Shown here in pieces: positions 27,601-40,700 of a stretch of 64,000 nucleotides of DNA (the stretch's first letter is position 1; every line of letters starts with the position of its first letter). The stretch is from Bugula neritina (taxonomy: Eukaryota; Animalia; Bryozoa): NCBI GenBank assembly GCA_964035545.1, contig OZ037767.1:21840628-21904627 (forward strand), written 5' to 3'. Both the position numbers and the translations under genes were made by a program. Under the pieces are notes generated by a model. That model was not told the DNA's origin, searched no databases, and saw only the letters and a program-made list of their open reading frames with translations.

Positions 27601-30600
27601 CACCATCCCTTTGAGAAACCCCTGATGGAAAGGGCTTTTGTTAGAACGGGCTAAGGACTTCTTTAGACGAGGCACAGGAGCAATTATGACTGAATGCTCT
27701 TCCTAACATCACCAATAGCCTTTGTCAGGGTTCGAACCGATGACTTCATGTTTACAAAGCAATTGTTTTAACCCCTAGACCACGGCTACTCCCTAAAATT
27801 GTGAATAATATATATATACTAAGATTTAAATGTAATATATAACATACTACTGAAACTTATTATTTATTTGTATGCATATTTTCTTAGAACCTTAACCCTA
27901 GTCCCCCAGCTTCATCTAGACCCAATAAAAATACCACCCACCTTGCGTCACCAGCGAAGACTATGAAAGCGAGTCACGAGAATAGAAAGAGTGGTAAAAG
28001 ACTGAGTCAGCCAAAGCGTATTATTCCAAGCAAGTGAGTCATCTATTTTGTTTCTGTTTGGGGAGTGATTGGTGCTGGCCAATTAGTTTTGTTACAGACT
28101 CCTAAGTTTGAACTTGTTGCTTGGTTAATGCAACTTGAAATTTAACGCTGATTTTTTAATTTTCTACGGTTAAGCAAGTAAAATATTAAAGTGCACTTAT
28201 TGCAAATCTTTCAAATGTAGATGGTTTTTTCTGAACAGTGAATGGTGTGAAACATAATTTAAAGCAATGTAATTCTAACCACCAAAACAGCTTCAAGTAA
28301 CATCATTATATATTGCTGATGTGAAGGTCAAGTAGAAAGTTGCTGCTTCTAAAATATGCATATTTTGCCATTCATAAATAATACTTTATTTGGTGCATAA
28401 TGGAAATATGGTTTTTGTGGGTTTGCAGTTACCTACGTTAAAGAATCATGCTTTACTAATGCACCAACAAAAATCTTTAAAGGCTCATGGCTTTTGTACA
28501 AGTTTGACTTTTAAAGTGGTTTTGTACATCATTTAATAATTTGTCAAACTGAGATAAATTACGATACAATCAAGTTGTTTATTTTTTGTTTCTGTAAAGT
28601 GGTATTGGTAAAGAATTATAGCTAAGAGCTCGATATAAACACTATTTTTTTTCTAAATAATACTTATTATAAAGAACAAAATTGGCTTTTTTTGGCTGTG
28701 TTTCCATACCATATAACCTATAACGCAAGTACAGCCTTTGTTATTACTCATCTCTGTCATGCAATACCAGAAATGCTTCTGAAACAACAATGAACATGAT
28801 TCTGGTAAGTTTTAGGGGGCCATCTTCTTGATTACTATATAGCTCCTAATTACACCTAACATAGGTTTATGCTGAGGTTCAGCAAACATTGTGTACAGTC
28901 TACTTCTACGAAATGAAAACTGAAGTGTTTGTGAATATAAAATACAAACCATTGCCTCACTGTTGAACCTAACAAAAGCCATTTCTCATGTTACATTTCT
29001 TTAGGATTCTAGAAGTTGCCTTGATTGCTGAGGTACTAGGTGCAGAAATGGAGAAATTAAAAAAAGCCTGTAACCTAGATTAGAAATGTAGCAAAAGAAT
29101 TTATGTTCTCTCAAGAATTTCAACCCCCGAAAACTGAAATTTATAAAGCAATTTAAAGAACTTAGGCTATCTCAATTTCTCCAGTACTGCACGTAAATGT
29201 AATTGCTGGCAACTACAGACCTATCAAACATATTAAAACGTTATTATCTCTACCCTTACAAACTCCTTCTTACTTGTAGTGCTGCTGTTCAGTTGTCTGC
29301 AGCTGCAGAAGAATTGAGAAGAGAGAAAGAGGACGAAAGAAAGGCCGAGGTATGTTTTGTTGGTGACCAATTTAGAACTTATCACTGAATAATTAGGGTT
29401 TGGAAGTGTATTTAGAAATTGTTATCTCATTTTACAAATTGGTGCTGTATGCTCTTATGCATACTCTGTGTTTCCAGTTTCTTTCATCACAACTGTAAAG
29501 TTCTTTTGTATTTCATAGCTTCAGCGAACAAACCTGGTGCTAAGCCAGAAATCGATCCAAGATAGCCAGGTGGGTGGATGAGTGAGTTAGGTGAGTCAGG
29601 TGAGTGAGTTAGGTTAGTAGATGAGTGAGTCAGGTTAGTGGATGAGTGAGTCAGGTGAGTGAGTTAGGTTAGTAGATGAGTGAGTCAGGTGAGTGAGTCA
29701 GGTGAGTGAGTTAAGTGAGTAGATGAGTAAGTTAGGTGAGTGAGTTAGGTGAGTAAGTTAGGTGAGTAGATGAGTGAGTTAGATAAATAGATGAGTGAGT
29801 CAAGTGAATAGATGGGTGGCTCAGGTGAATAGATGAGTGAATTAGGTGGTTAGATGAGTGAGTTTCTATCTGGGTTCCTACAGGGATTGTGACTACGCTG
29901 AAGTTTCTAACCCTTTATTCACACCAATTATTAAAGTTGAGCTTATGCTGTTTCAGGCTGTTTTTCCATTATTCTAAGCACTCTAACATTTTACCCATCT
30001 GCCTACTTTATTTATTTATTTTTTATAACTTTTATATACTTTGCTTTCTGTTATAAATTTACGCAATCAAATTTTTGTCAGCCCAAACCTTAGTTCTTGT
30101 GTTAGTTACTTATCCCAGGACAGGATGTGCACTAGCCGCTAGCTAAAAGCAGATTTATTTTTTAATTTATTGAAGTGGAAATCAAATTTCAGGTTGTTAA
30201 AATTGTATCTAGTTTGCCAGAGTTGATTGAGACACAAATTTATACCTTCAAGTTATTTCGTTGAGAAGACAATTTTTATGACTTATTTTTTCATAGTCTT
30301 ACTTGTTATTATTTTAACGGTTAACCTGTAGTAAAGGATGTGGAATTTTAATTTATTATGTATGTGTTTCTAAAATGGTTTTATTATTCTTACAAGGTTA
30401 AAGAGCAATACAACACTTACGGCTTTGAAGTAGCTGAAAAATCACCATCTGCAAGGAGTTATGCTACTTTTAATCATAAAGTCAAACAAGATAAGGATCT
30501 CTCGAGAGATTCTGTTGGTCTAAGTTTGAGGTGAGTTTTTATTGGCTGTTATAATGCTATCAAGTTGTTTAAACTGAGGGGAGAGGGGAGAATAGACCCT

Positions 30601-33416
30601 TTTTAGAGGGCCAAATATCCGCCTTACAATTAAGAGTTGTGTCCTCCCAAAATGATAACTTGAAAAAAATAAACTTGAACATTTTCTTGTGGTTTTGGTT
30701 GCTAAGCTGTGCTAAAAATGCCATTTCAGCATTGCCCAGTAACCTATACCACAAAAATTCTTTTAAGTTTATTTTCTTCAAGTTTTTTTCATGAAGAAAT
30801 ATGTTTAAAAACTTTTTGAACTGCTAATATGTGTGCTTATAACAAAATCTTTATCTCTTAAATAAACAATTCTATAGCATAATTAGAATTTTAAGCAGCA
30901 GCCAAACTTCAAATTTTTATTGAGTTTGCTCTTTATACAAAGGATTAACTTATTCGCTATTTGGGAGGACACAACTCTTAATTGTAAAGGGGATACCAGG
31001 GACCTTTAAAAAGGGTCTATTGTAATACTTATGGCTTATACACTATTTCCTGCTGGATACTGTTAGTACATAGTAACTCCCTGCCACTGCGTGTTATGAC
31101 ATATAGCAATACAATCAGCATTAATATATTCAACTAATATATATGTATAAGATGAGTAAATGTGTGGCATATAGGTGTGCTGTAGTTTCCTGTATCCTGT
31201 ATTTAAGCTTGTGTATCCATGAATTATCTTCTACATTTGTTACAAGGCTGCAAATATTACATTAATAATGCTATGCCATATGCATTTGGTTATATTAAAC
31301 TTTCACACCACTAATAGAATTTGCTAATTCCTTAGGGACTAAAACAATGCTGGACTAAATGTGTCTAGAGGATAAATAATGTTTTTTATTCACTGAAAAT
31401 GGTCTACATATAATAAATTATTTGGTGTAAAAACTGAAAAGTGCTACTCTTAGTAACCTATTGGCCTTGCTTTGGTTGGTGAAAACTAACACCCTGCGCT
31501 ACTTCCCACTACTCACTGTTATAGCAGGTTACTAAGAGTTGGCAAACATATTCACTAGTTTATCAAATAACGTGTTTACCTCTTATCTATTTATTGAGTT
31601 TGATAAAAGCATGGCTATAATATAAAGATACTTACAGCTAGCTTGGCTATTTTATTTAGTTCATCTTCCAATTTGCTGCTAACCCCTCCCCACTATAGTC
31701 CTCTATATGTAGTGTATAGGGAATTACAAAGTAACTTAGAGCTTTTCTATATTACTAATTAATTTCTATCATATTGATTAAAGCTTAAAACTATCTACAC
31801 TGCTCTGATGTAATATAATAGCACCACTTAGCATTACATTTGTTTACAGCTAGCATTGCAGGCTGTTGAATCATTGTTACATAAATTTTATTACATGTGA
31901 TAAAAAAAACAAATAGTTAATCAACTGTTCTGCTGCTTCACAAAGCTGTCGTCTGTAAATGTAAAATGTAGAAGTTAGCAGTTAATTGTGTCGCATGTTT
32001 AGCTTTAGAGAACAGACTTTTTCTATTGACATAGGCAGGTATGTATAAATAACACGTTTGATGTCCGTGCCAACTGCATTCCCTTTTTTACAGCCACTCA
32101 AGCTAAGTTATGCAGCTATATTTTTGCCTTGCTTTGATTTTTGTTTTATTTAGTTTTCCTGACATTCTACATAGTATATATATAGTATAGTGTATTTAGT
32201 ATAGTATATAGCATATATAGTATAGTATATTTAGTATAATATATAGTATATAATATATAGTATAGTATATATAGTATAGTATATTTAGCATAGTATATAG
32301 TATATATAGTATAGTTAGTATAGTATATTTAGTATAATATATGGTATATTTAGTATAGTATATAGTATAGTATATTTAGTATAGTATATATAGTATAGTA
32401 TATTTAGTATAATATATAGTGTATAATATATAGTATAGTATATATAGTATAGTATATTTAGCATAGTATATAGTATATATAGTATAGTATAGTTAGTATA
32501 GTATATTTAGTATAATATATGGTATATTTAGTATAGTATATAGTATAGTATATTTAGTATAGTATATATAGTATAGTGTATTTAGTATAGTATATAGTAT
32601 ACAGTATAGTATAATATATAGCATAGTGCATTTAGTATAGTATATTTCGTGCAGTAGCCTATATTTAGTTTCAACAACTTTAGTAAACTTCTCATAACTT
32701 TGCATATTTTAGTTTTTGTTTAAATATTCACTGTTGAACTGAAGAGTTATCTCACCAGCTATTCATTTCCATGTAAAAATACACTGTAAGAAACTTCATG
32801 GAAATACTTAAAGTTTACTAGAAGAAAAGTAACAAAACTTTTTAGATGATAATGTTGACTGGCCATTTGAATGTGTTATTGTAATTATACAACACGTCAT
32901 GAATTCAAGTTTGCTTCTGTTCCCACTTGCTTCAAGTTGAAGAAAGCTTTTTCTAGTGGTTTTATAAACTTTTATAGCACTATACAACTCTTTTAAAGCA
33001 CAAAATTATGTTGGCAAATAGAAATACAGATGTTCAAACAATTTCATTGCTAATCTTTTGCTGGAAAAGTTGAGTAAAATTCAATCAAACTCTCTTTTGC
33101 CAAATGTGTTTGTATCTCTACAGTTACAGAGAAAGTTATGAAAATGCATTTATTTATATTACTTAGGAACAATATCATTTATTATTCACATTTGAAACTT
33201 CTGAATATTTATAGCCAAGGTACAGCGGCACTGGCATCTAGACTCAAAGATTCTGGCTTGTTTCTAGCCAATAGGGAAGGTACTAAAGATGCCCCTGTAC
33301 CCTCACCTCACATAGAAGAAGAACTTAGGCCTTTGTATCCCAATAGAGAAAACACATTAACTAAAATAAAAAAGACGCCAGATTTATTTGATTTAGATTT
33401 TCTGCAGCACAGTTAG
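21604..33416 (+). CDS. LCA5: Lebercilin-like (LCA5/LCA5L family) ciliary coiled-coil protein, ~732 aa
   Basis: Exons 21604-22336, 22734-22846, 23081-23259, 23774-23966, 24371-24508, 26938-27177, 27888-28033, 29280-29349, 29519-29569, 30397-30530, 33215-33416 join in frame (2199 nt). The central coiled coil RIPSA...LKIENKALKR...ELKALKDHLKRSKE...DLKERSRLRKQL...DQRITQLEK...NKETELD aligns by eye with the lebercilin domain (RILSA...ENKSLKR...ALKERLRKSQE...LPERDDL...EKERELD). Family assigned by recall, no search. Confidence 0.8.
22370..22592 (-). mobile_element. SINE family A copy
   Basis: Reverse-complement match to 17039-17260, flanked by a near-perfect TSD cat(a/g)aatcaaaatat. Confidence 0.85.
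23974..24074 (+). repeat. tRNA-like repeat family B copy
   Basis: Same leader, gcttgcaagc and ggtttgaatc...gggcaattattttt. Confidence 0.7.
24512..24680 (+). repeat. 29-30-bp minisatellite
   Basis: cctcagactatattacataatcatatata, about 6 units, between a splice donor and the hAT TSD. Confidence 0.9.
24684..26787. mobile_element. Non-autonomous hAT (Charlie-like) DNA transposon in an LCA5-like intron
   Basis: TIRs CAGGGATGGGCAAA...TTTGCCCATCCCTG and a perfect 8-bp TSD CTATACTG (24676-24683, 26788-26795). No transposase ORF. Confidence 0.92.
24776..26055. mobile_element. Non-autonomous TA-flanked DNA transposon nested in the hAT element
   Basis: Termini ta|GGGGTAA...TTACCCC|ta with subterminal GGCACAACGGGCC-type repeats. 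A second copy at 47655-48877 lacks the hAT shell. Confidence 0.8.
27576..27793 (-). mobile_element. SINE family A copy
   Basis: Reverse-complement match, with 14-bp TSD TAAAATTGTGAATA (27562-27575, 27794-27807). Confidence 0.85.
29570..29863 (+). repeat. GTGA/GAGT-based repeat array rich in consensus 5' splice sites
   Basis: Eight AG|GTGAGT and three AG|GTTAGT matches. Confidence 0.85.
30591..31021. mobile_element. MITE with ~60-bp TIRs
   Basis: AATAGACCCTTTTTA...TTACAATTAAGAGTTGTGTCCTCCCAAA and its reverse complement ending TAAAAAGGGTCTATT. Confidence 0.8.
32170..32645. repeat. (TAGTA)n-based compound satellite
   Basis: tagtatagtatattt units with longer internal duplications. Confidence 0.9.
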
Positions 33417-34246
33417 CCTGTGGTCACACTTAGCTCATTATAGCACACAATCTCTAGTTTTTCTACAATTTTATTATAATTGGAGAAATTTTTATGCATA
33501 CTTTTACATATTTAAAATTTGTTTTTATGCAATTTTATATTTTCTACACTGTGCAATATTGTTTTTTTATTTTTTTTATGTTTTATTTTGCATTTTTGAA
33601 ATTATATTTAAATGTCTAGTTTTTCACTACTTTTTAAACCATTTTCAACTTTAATTTTACAATTTCTAGTATAATATACAAGTTTATAACATAATTTATT
33701 GATAAATATACTCTAGTTTTATACTACAATGTTATTTAAAAACAAATGTTGTAATACGTTTTAATGCACTCATGTTTTGCTGCGTAACAGTTTCTAATAC
33801 TCTCTATCTGTACAAGTTTTATAATCGAGTACAAGACACTTAATTTATACTCTAAAATATAGACGCTCAACTTTTTCACAGATACTTGAATTATAATAAT
33901 ATAATATAATTAATTAATAACAATAATTACAACCAATAGCAAGCGGATAAGAAATTTTTTCTTGGAACAGAGTCTTTTGCTATAAACCTGAAAATATACT
34001 GTCGAACTTTCTGTTAGTAATTTGTGACCCACAGTCGCAGGGGTATGTTAAGAGTGATAAACCATATTATGTACTTATAATTGCTATTTACAAATAATTG
34101 ACACTGAATATTGACTGAAGGAGTTGTATCATCTATAATGCTTACAGCATAATAGATCTGCACACTGATCGTGGTATAGACTATAGACTTAGTCTAAGCA
34201 TGCTAAGAACTACACTAATATTACAGTGGGGCCTTATATACTTATA

Positions 34247-34718
34247 GGGAGTCGCTAGAAACAGCACTAAGTTGGGAGTGACAGAGTACACTATTTGTAT
34301 ACACAACATTGTTTGACCTCCAAAATCTCAACCACTGAACTCGGTCACTCCAACTAAGTGTTGTGCCAAGGAATTTCCCTGTACTTAGACAAAATAACAT
34401 AGTAATTCTAATTGCCTAAATTTTTGAATTGTTTTTTTAAATTTTGTCATTTAAAGTTATCATACTGTACCTACCTCAAAGTGCTCACTGATCGAGACAC
34501 ATACACAGCACTCCCTAATATTTGGCAAAGTAGTTATAATAAATTATTCTATACACAGCTCAGAGTTGGGGATGACTGAATGCAACAGTTTAGAGTGATC
34601 GAGTTTGGAGTTGTTAGGGGCTCAAAGTTCCAACCTTGACCCCAACTCCAAAAATTGGAAAACCCCAAACTGCTGCACTCAGTGATCCCCAACTCTGAGC
34701 GGCTTGCAGAATAATTTA
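34247..34718. mobile_element. Two short related palindromic MITE-like elements (34247-34380, 34541-34718)
   Basis: aaattattct...gctcagagttggggatgactga pairs with tcagtgatccccaactctgagc...agaataattt. The first element has similar arms. Confidence 0.6.
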
Positions 34719-37700
34719 GTTGTAGCACTACTTGGAAAAGCAGTTGTAAATAATAAGATTAGTAATTTTGTCAAATAAAATTGATATGGCATCACTTAAA
34801 CTCATGTTAATTTTGTTTTATACATCATAATTAAACTCTAAATTTGACATTTTCCGATGATTTAGTGAGGAGGTTTGGGCATAATTATAATTTATTGGCT
34901 GCAGTGTATAGGTAATGTAAAGGACAAACAATATTTGATTGACAGTAACTGTTCAAGAGAAAATCTTAGAATCCTGTTTTTTACCTATAATTTTTTGACT
35001 GAAGCGTAATTAGGTGTTTTAATAAATGTATAACTAGCTGTCTTTGACATTTTTCAACTTTTTTTAAGAGAAAACAGGTTGCAAATTAGCTTTAGAAACC
35101 AAGAATTTTTTATTTTGATAAATTCAGCCATTGTGAAAGCATAGAGACATTTTCAAATTTTGTAAGAAACGCACAACATAAAATAGCTTAGTATTATGAC
35201 ATAAAATTGCAAAAACACACTCCAAAGTGGGAAAAACTACTTTTATTCAACAATGAAATCCACTATGAATTGCATACTGTCACATATGTAGACGTCCAAT
35301 AATTCAAATGATGTGTGATGTCCCCATATATATGTGGACAATGATAAAAAACCTTTTTGCGAGCATTGTAACATTTTCATTTAAAAGTTCTTTTATAGAT
35401 CTACAAAACAAGCTTGCAAGTAAAACAGCTATTCGAAATCTGTTTTTAATTAGTTGACCTTGACCTTATTCAATAGAATAAAAAAACCTTCAACAATACT
35501 GAGTAATTTATTAGAAAATATAAGAAATATCACAATTTCAACCTATTTTGGTGCAACAAAAGTAGTGTCCACATATGTGGTCGTTGCCCATGATAGGGTT
35601 GACAGAATTAAATAAAAATAACATTTAGATTTAGCTAAGTTTATGATAAACCAAAGGTAATGTTTGTGAAAGTAGAAATTAGACTATTTGCAAGCACTAA
35701 GCACTAAGGCTACTACTATCTAAACATCTTAAGGCCACGGTTAGGATAGAGGTGCTGAGTTAATGATACAGTAGGCCTACCTTCTGCTGGTTATACAACA
35801 GTGCTGCAGGCAATCAGTTATTATAGTTTACTTTGTCAATGCTTGTGGGGTTCTGTTAGCATTTACTGATAATTATATTAATTACACCAGCAATGCTATG
35901 TACATAAACTAAAGTAATATTTACTTGTTATAGATTTTGGGATTTAGAGCTTCCTAGTATACTGTGTAGTAAACAGTTGCATAGGTACATTATGGTGACT
36001 GCATCTCAATCAGCATGTTGGAGACAGAATTGTCATAGGATTTCACTCTGTGCAAAATAGTAAGTTTTTCAAAAGTTGATTATATGTTTAAAAACTAGTG
36101 CTATAGTGTAACCACAGTTTTGATTCAACCACAAGAAATTTTATAATGAACTTGTAAAATTTCATTATATTTTTTTACTGAATACAGGTAATTTTATTCT
36201 ACATACTGATGCTATTAAAATAATATATTAGATTCTGAGCCTAATAACTATTGCTATGCACATTTTCCAACCATATACATACAATAACAGTTTTTGTCAC
36301 TTCAATTACCATAAAAAATTTTACTGCTGAAATAAAAGTATGAGATTAACTTTTCTTCTTCAACAATGTGCAATTTGAGCTTCTACTGACCTTTCTAACC
36401 TCTGACCTAATGATTACAAACACACATAATAATATACTACTCTACTACATGCATTTCCAGTGAATCCATCTCTTGTACATTATTACAATGATAAGTGTTG
36501 GTTCCTAGATGCATATTTTCGAGATAACAGCCAAAGTTGTTAGTACAAGCAGTTTGATAATGATACAGTTACTATATTGCTATGATATCTTCACTGCTAA
36601 AGTATAGAGAGCAGTGTGCACACAACAGTAGAGGTCAAAGAAGATAACAGCATCTGTGTTGTGTTAAACTAATAGGAAACTTCAAGTGGGAGGAAACTAG
36701 TTGCCTGAAATTTGCTTAGAAGTAAGAGAGGATGTAGGAGCCTGCGCTATAATAAGTTGCACATAGACTGCTCGTAACTAGATACTATCAAACCTTAAAT
36801 ATTTATTAGAATACTTATATAATGCAAGGAGATACAGGAAATCTTAGAATACATTAAGGTGAGTTGAGCGGTTTCTTTGAAGAATCAGCAATTATACATT
36901 ATAACACATTTATATACTTTATAGAGGCTAGGCATATCCAGCCACATTGAGGAGCTTTTAGGTTTTATGTTATCATTCTCGTAGCATCTGTCATTGCGAG
37001 TAGACACATTGTGTGAAATTAGAAATCCTTGAAATCACTGCCAAGAGTAATTTACTGAATGAGGTTTCAATTTATTTTTAGTAAGGTAATGACTAATGAT
37101 AGAAGATAAGAAAATGTAGGCATAATACTACTCACTTAATTGAGCAGTAAAGTTGAAACCAAGTAACACCAATGCTCGCGCAGATATGTTGTATAATAAA
37201 CTATAGCAGTAGATCTTCTGACCAGATTTAAAAATAGCATACCTGAGTTCTGAAAAATTTAGTTTTTACACACATTCCAAAACATTAACATACATACTAC
37301 GTTTGGCTTACTTGACAACCCCATATCTTAGAATAGATGCTGTTTAACATGTACATGTTATGGAGGCACAACTCTCAAGTATAGATTGAACATGAATGAC
37401 ACTAGAAGAAGGCTATTGGTAGATAACTCTGATTGAATTATTTGAGTAACTTATTCATTGCATCTAGCTTTGAGAATCTAATGATGATTTAGAAATTATG
37501 CTTTATATGAATAACTGGTATAAACCAAACTACACGCCCACACCCATAATATGTTATATGTAACATAATGCTTTTTCTGGTTGCTGTTAACTCGCCTACT
37601 ATTGCTATATCTGGTACTACATAATTAGCAGTTATAATAGGTATAATATGACGTTTTATTATTATAAAATAATCTCTCTGAATTTCACAGAAAATCTCAT

Positions 37701-37725
37701 TGCATTGTTACAGATCTCACTAGCC

Positions 37726-40700
37726 ATGCCTTCAAAACTCCAGTTTCTCATAACCTTGGTCTGTTTGGTAATTATTATTATCACACTAACACTGACTTCT
37801 AGACCAACAACGTCTATTAGTCCCACTGATGAACACAGCGTAGAGGAAAAAAGTCTGAGCATTGCGCATGTGCAGACAACTCAAAAAGAAGTAACAGAAA
37901 AAAAAGTGAGTATATATTATATAATCATAATAACCAATCAGCTTCAAAATCTAAGTTACCAGCTCAACTGGTTTTTACATAATTTTTCAAAGAGACAGCT
38001 TAACTGAAAACCTGCAGGCTATAGATTCAGAGCACATTGAAACATTTCAATAGCAGCAGAAATGAGCTGGAAAATAGTTCCAGTTCAGTAAGCTGCAGTA
38101 TCTTGTAACTTACTACATTTTAACAATTCTATATTTAAAATGGACAACTCCTACTGGTCAATAAAACAAGAGAATTTGAAGACCATGTAAACCAGTTTAA
38201 TAGTACTATTATCATAAAGAATTTCCTTTTGTAGTGATGAGTTTACCCAGTGGTCTCTGTGGTATAATGGTTAGCACACTTGCTTGCAAGCCAGGGGACT
38301 GGGGTTCGATTCCCAGTGGGGGCAATTATTTTTCAAGTTATTTTGACCTTTAGTGAAAAGTAGTTATAGTACTCCGAGGGATCGTTGAGTGGCCAGGAGA
38401 GCGTGAAGATTGAAGGAGTAGTAGATAGGCCAGTGGAGTTCAGAGAACTGGGTAGAATGTAGTGTTGAGTTTACCCAGTAGTCCCTGTGGTGTAATGGTT
38501 AGCACATTTGCTTGCAAGCCAGAGGACTTGGTTCCATTCCCAGTGGGGGCAATTATTTTTCACCTTTAATCTAAAAATGAAGTGTTTGCACTAAAATGCT
38601 GTTTGATCTCTAATTATTTGTCTTAACAACTGGGATCTGTGTTCTATGTTGCACCAGATAAAGTTTCCTTTAGTTTATTTGTTAAAAGGTTTATAGTATA
38701 GTAGGTATATTGCTTGCTATGTAAGAGCTGCTAGATTTTAGTGCGGACCAGTTGTTAGCAGTTGTTGTAATTTAAATTCCATGAAGTTGTATTCCCATGT
38801 CGGGTTTCACCATTTAATAACCCCTTTTATACCCAGTCGGTGAATCTTGTTTTAAAAATAACAGTTCTTTTTTAGAAATAGTGCCATGAAAGTAATTTGG
38901 CTTTAATCTTGCCCGGCTGTTACTTAAATCAACAATCCCCACTTTTGATTGCCCACCATAGATTTATTGTTGCTTATTCCTAGCTAGCATGTGAGACAGC
39001 CTTCAATTTTATACATGTGTCACAGAGTCATAGCTATTTCACATAGTGAAGACTATAATTTCTTACACTATCATCAAGTTTTTGGATAAAAGCCGTTACA
39101 TTAAACATTTTGTTGGCAGCTTGAATTGATTGAAAAGCAAAAGTAAACATAATCATGATCGCCACAATTAAAACATATTGGCTTTATAACCAATTGGTCA
39201 AAGTCTATACTCAATAACCAAAGTGCAAAGGCTAGCCACCTGCAGCCTAGAATGAGTTTTTATATACAACTTATTTTTTCTGGCAACTTGTTTTAGGTGC
39301 AACTTTTTTTACAAGCAATTCGTTCTATAAGAGAGTTGTTCTATGGGTCCCTTCTTGTGTGGAGAGAGGCTGTTACCTGGGCAACTTTTACTACTAGCCA
39401 TTTCGTCTACTATTTTAACTTCTGTTATGACATTGCAGTCTTGTTTGCATGAGTTTATTGTGAACTGTGATGGCATGTTGTAGCTCGTAGACCCGGAGCC
39501 AACAGAAAAGTTTCATGAACAAGTAAAGCCTCATGTAGCTAAGGCTATATCTAAATTGTATCATGAACTTAAAGCCAATGGGACAATCATCAATGATCTT
39601 GTATCTACAGCACAACCCATAATACCAAATATATACCACTATGTGAGGTAAATACCCTATATATGAAATATATATTATTAAGCACTTTACAATATGTACT
39701 GTATGTTACATATATTCATTGTAACTTTGTCTCAATTCCTTTGAATGGATCCATACAGATGGATTTGCTTGTGGTTTGCATTAGTCTATCGTTGTGGTTT
39801 CATTTGATTGACACTGTCCCCATGCATCAATAAAAATTCCATAGCATATAGACTGCGGAATATGTAATGTTTACCACCTATTGTTATTGTTGACAGCATT
39901 TGTAGTCTACTCCACTGAGTTTGTATGCAAACTATTTCCTCTTTTTCATTATGTAAAATACTTTAGCATGAAGTTGTAACTAAGCATTAAGTTCAGCAGA
40001 GGTATAAACGCAACTTAAAACATAGAATAAATGTTTAATGCATCCTATTTTCTTGTTGTTTGTGGGATAAATTACACTTTTATATGGTATTGCTTGCGTT
40101 CAACTGCATTTTTATAGAACATTACAGAAAACCGTGACATTTGTAATATTATTTACCCGAATCTAAATATCCTGTCATATTTTCCCTGTATGATACCTAA
40201 TACTAAATCAGTAAAGGTTAATTTTTAGTGATGTCTTTTGAGGCATCGTGCAATCTAGTTTTAATGAAGTCACACAATAATCTAAATGCTAATTTAATAG
40301 TGTTGAACCAAACTTATTTCAGTGCTTGAATTTGGTTGCAGATGCTGCTATCTGTTGTATTCTCTTTGAATTGCAGATTCAACCAATCTGAAATGAAGTT
40401 TCATGAAATGCTGTCGATAATGTCAGCTATGAAAATAGGCAAAGCTGACAAAGTATACATTCACACAAATTCTCCACCAACAGGAATGTACTGGGATAAA
40501 ATAAAGAATGATCCAAGGTTTGGTCTCACTTATGTATTACCAAACAAACTGAAATGTTGCTTGTGTCAAGCTAATCATTAAGTGTTTTATTTAACTCAGT
40601 CTAGTTTTCAAATAGTCAACTCCGTTTTGTTTCATTATCTAACACTTGGATAATTTGTATACTAAATAACAACCATATAAATTTTTATCATAATACTTCA

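Noticed and set aside
38250-38330. Functional tRNA gene
   Set aside because: A and B boxes are present, but the acceptor and anticodon stems pair poorly and the copies diverge freely. Treated as a tRNA-derived repeat pending tRNAscan-SE.
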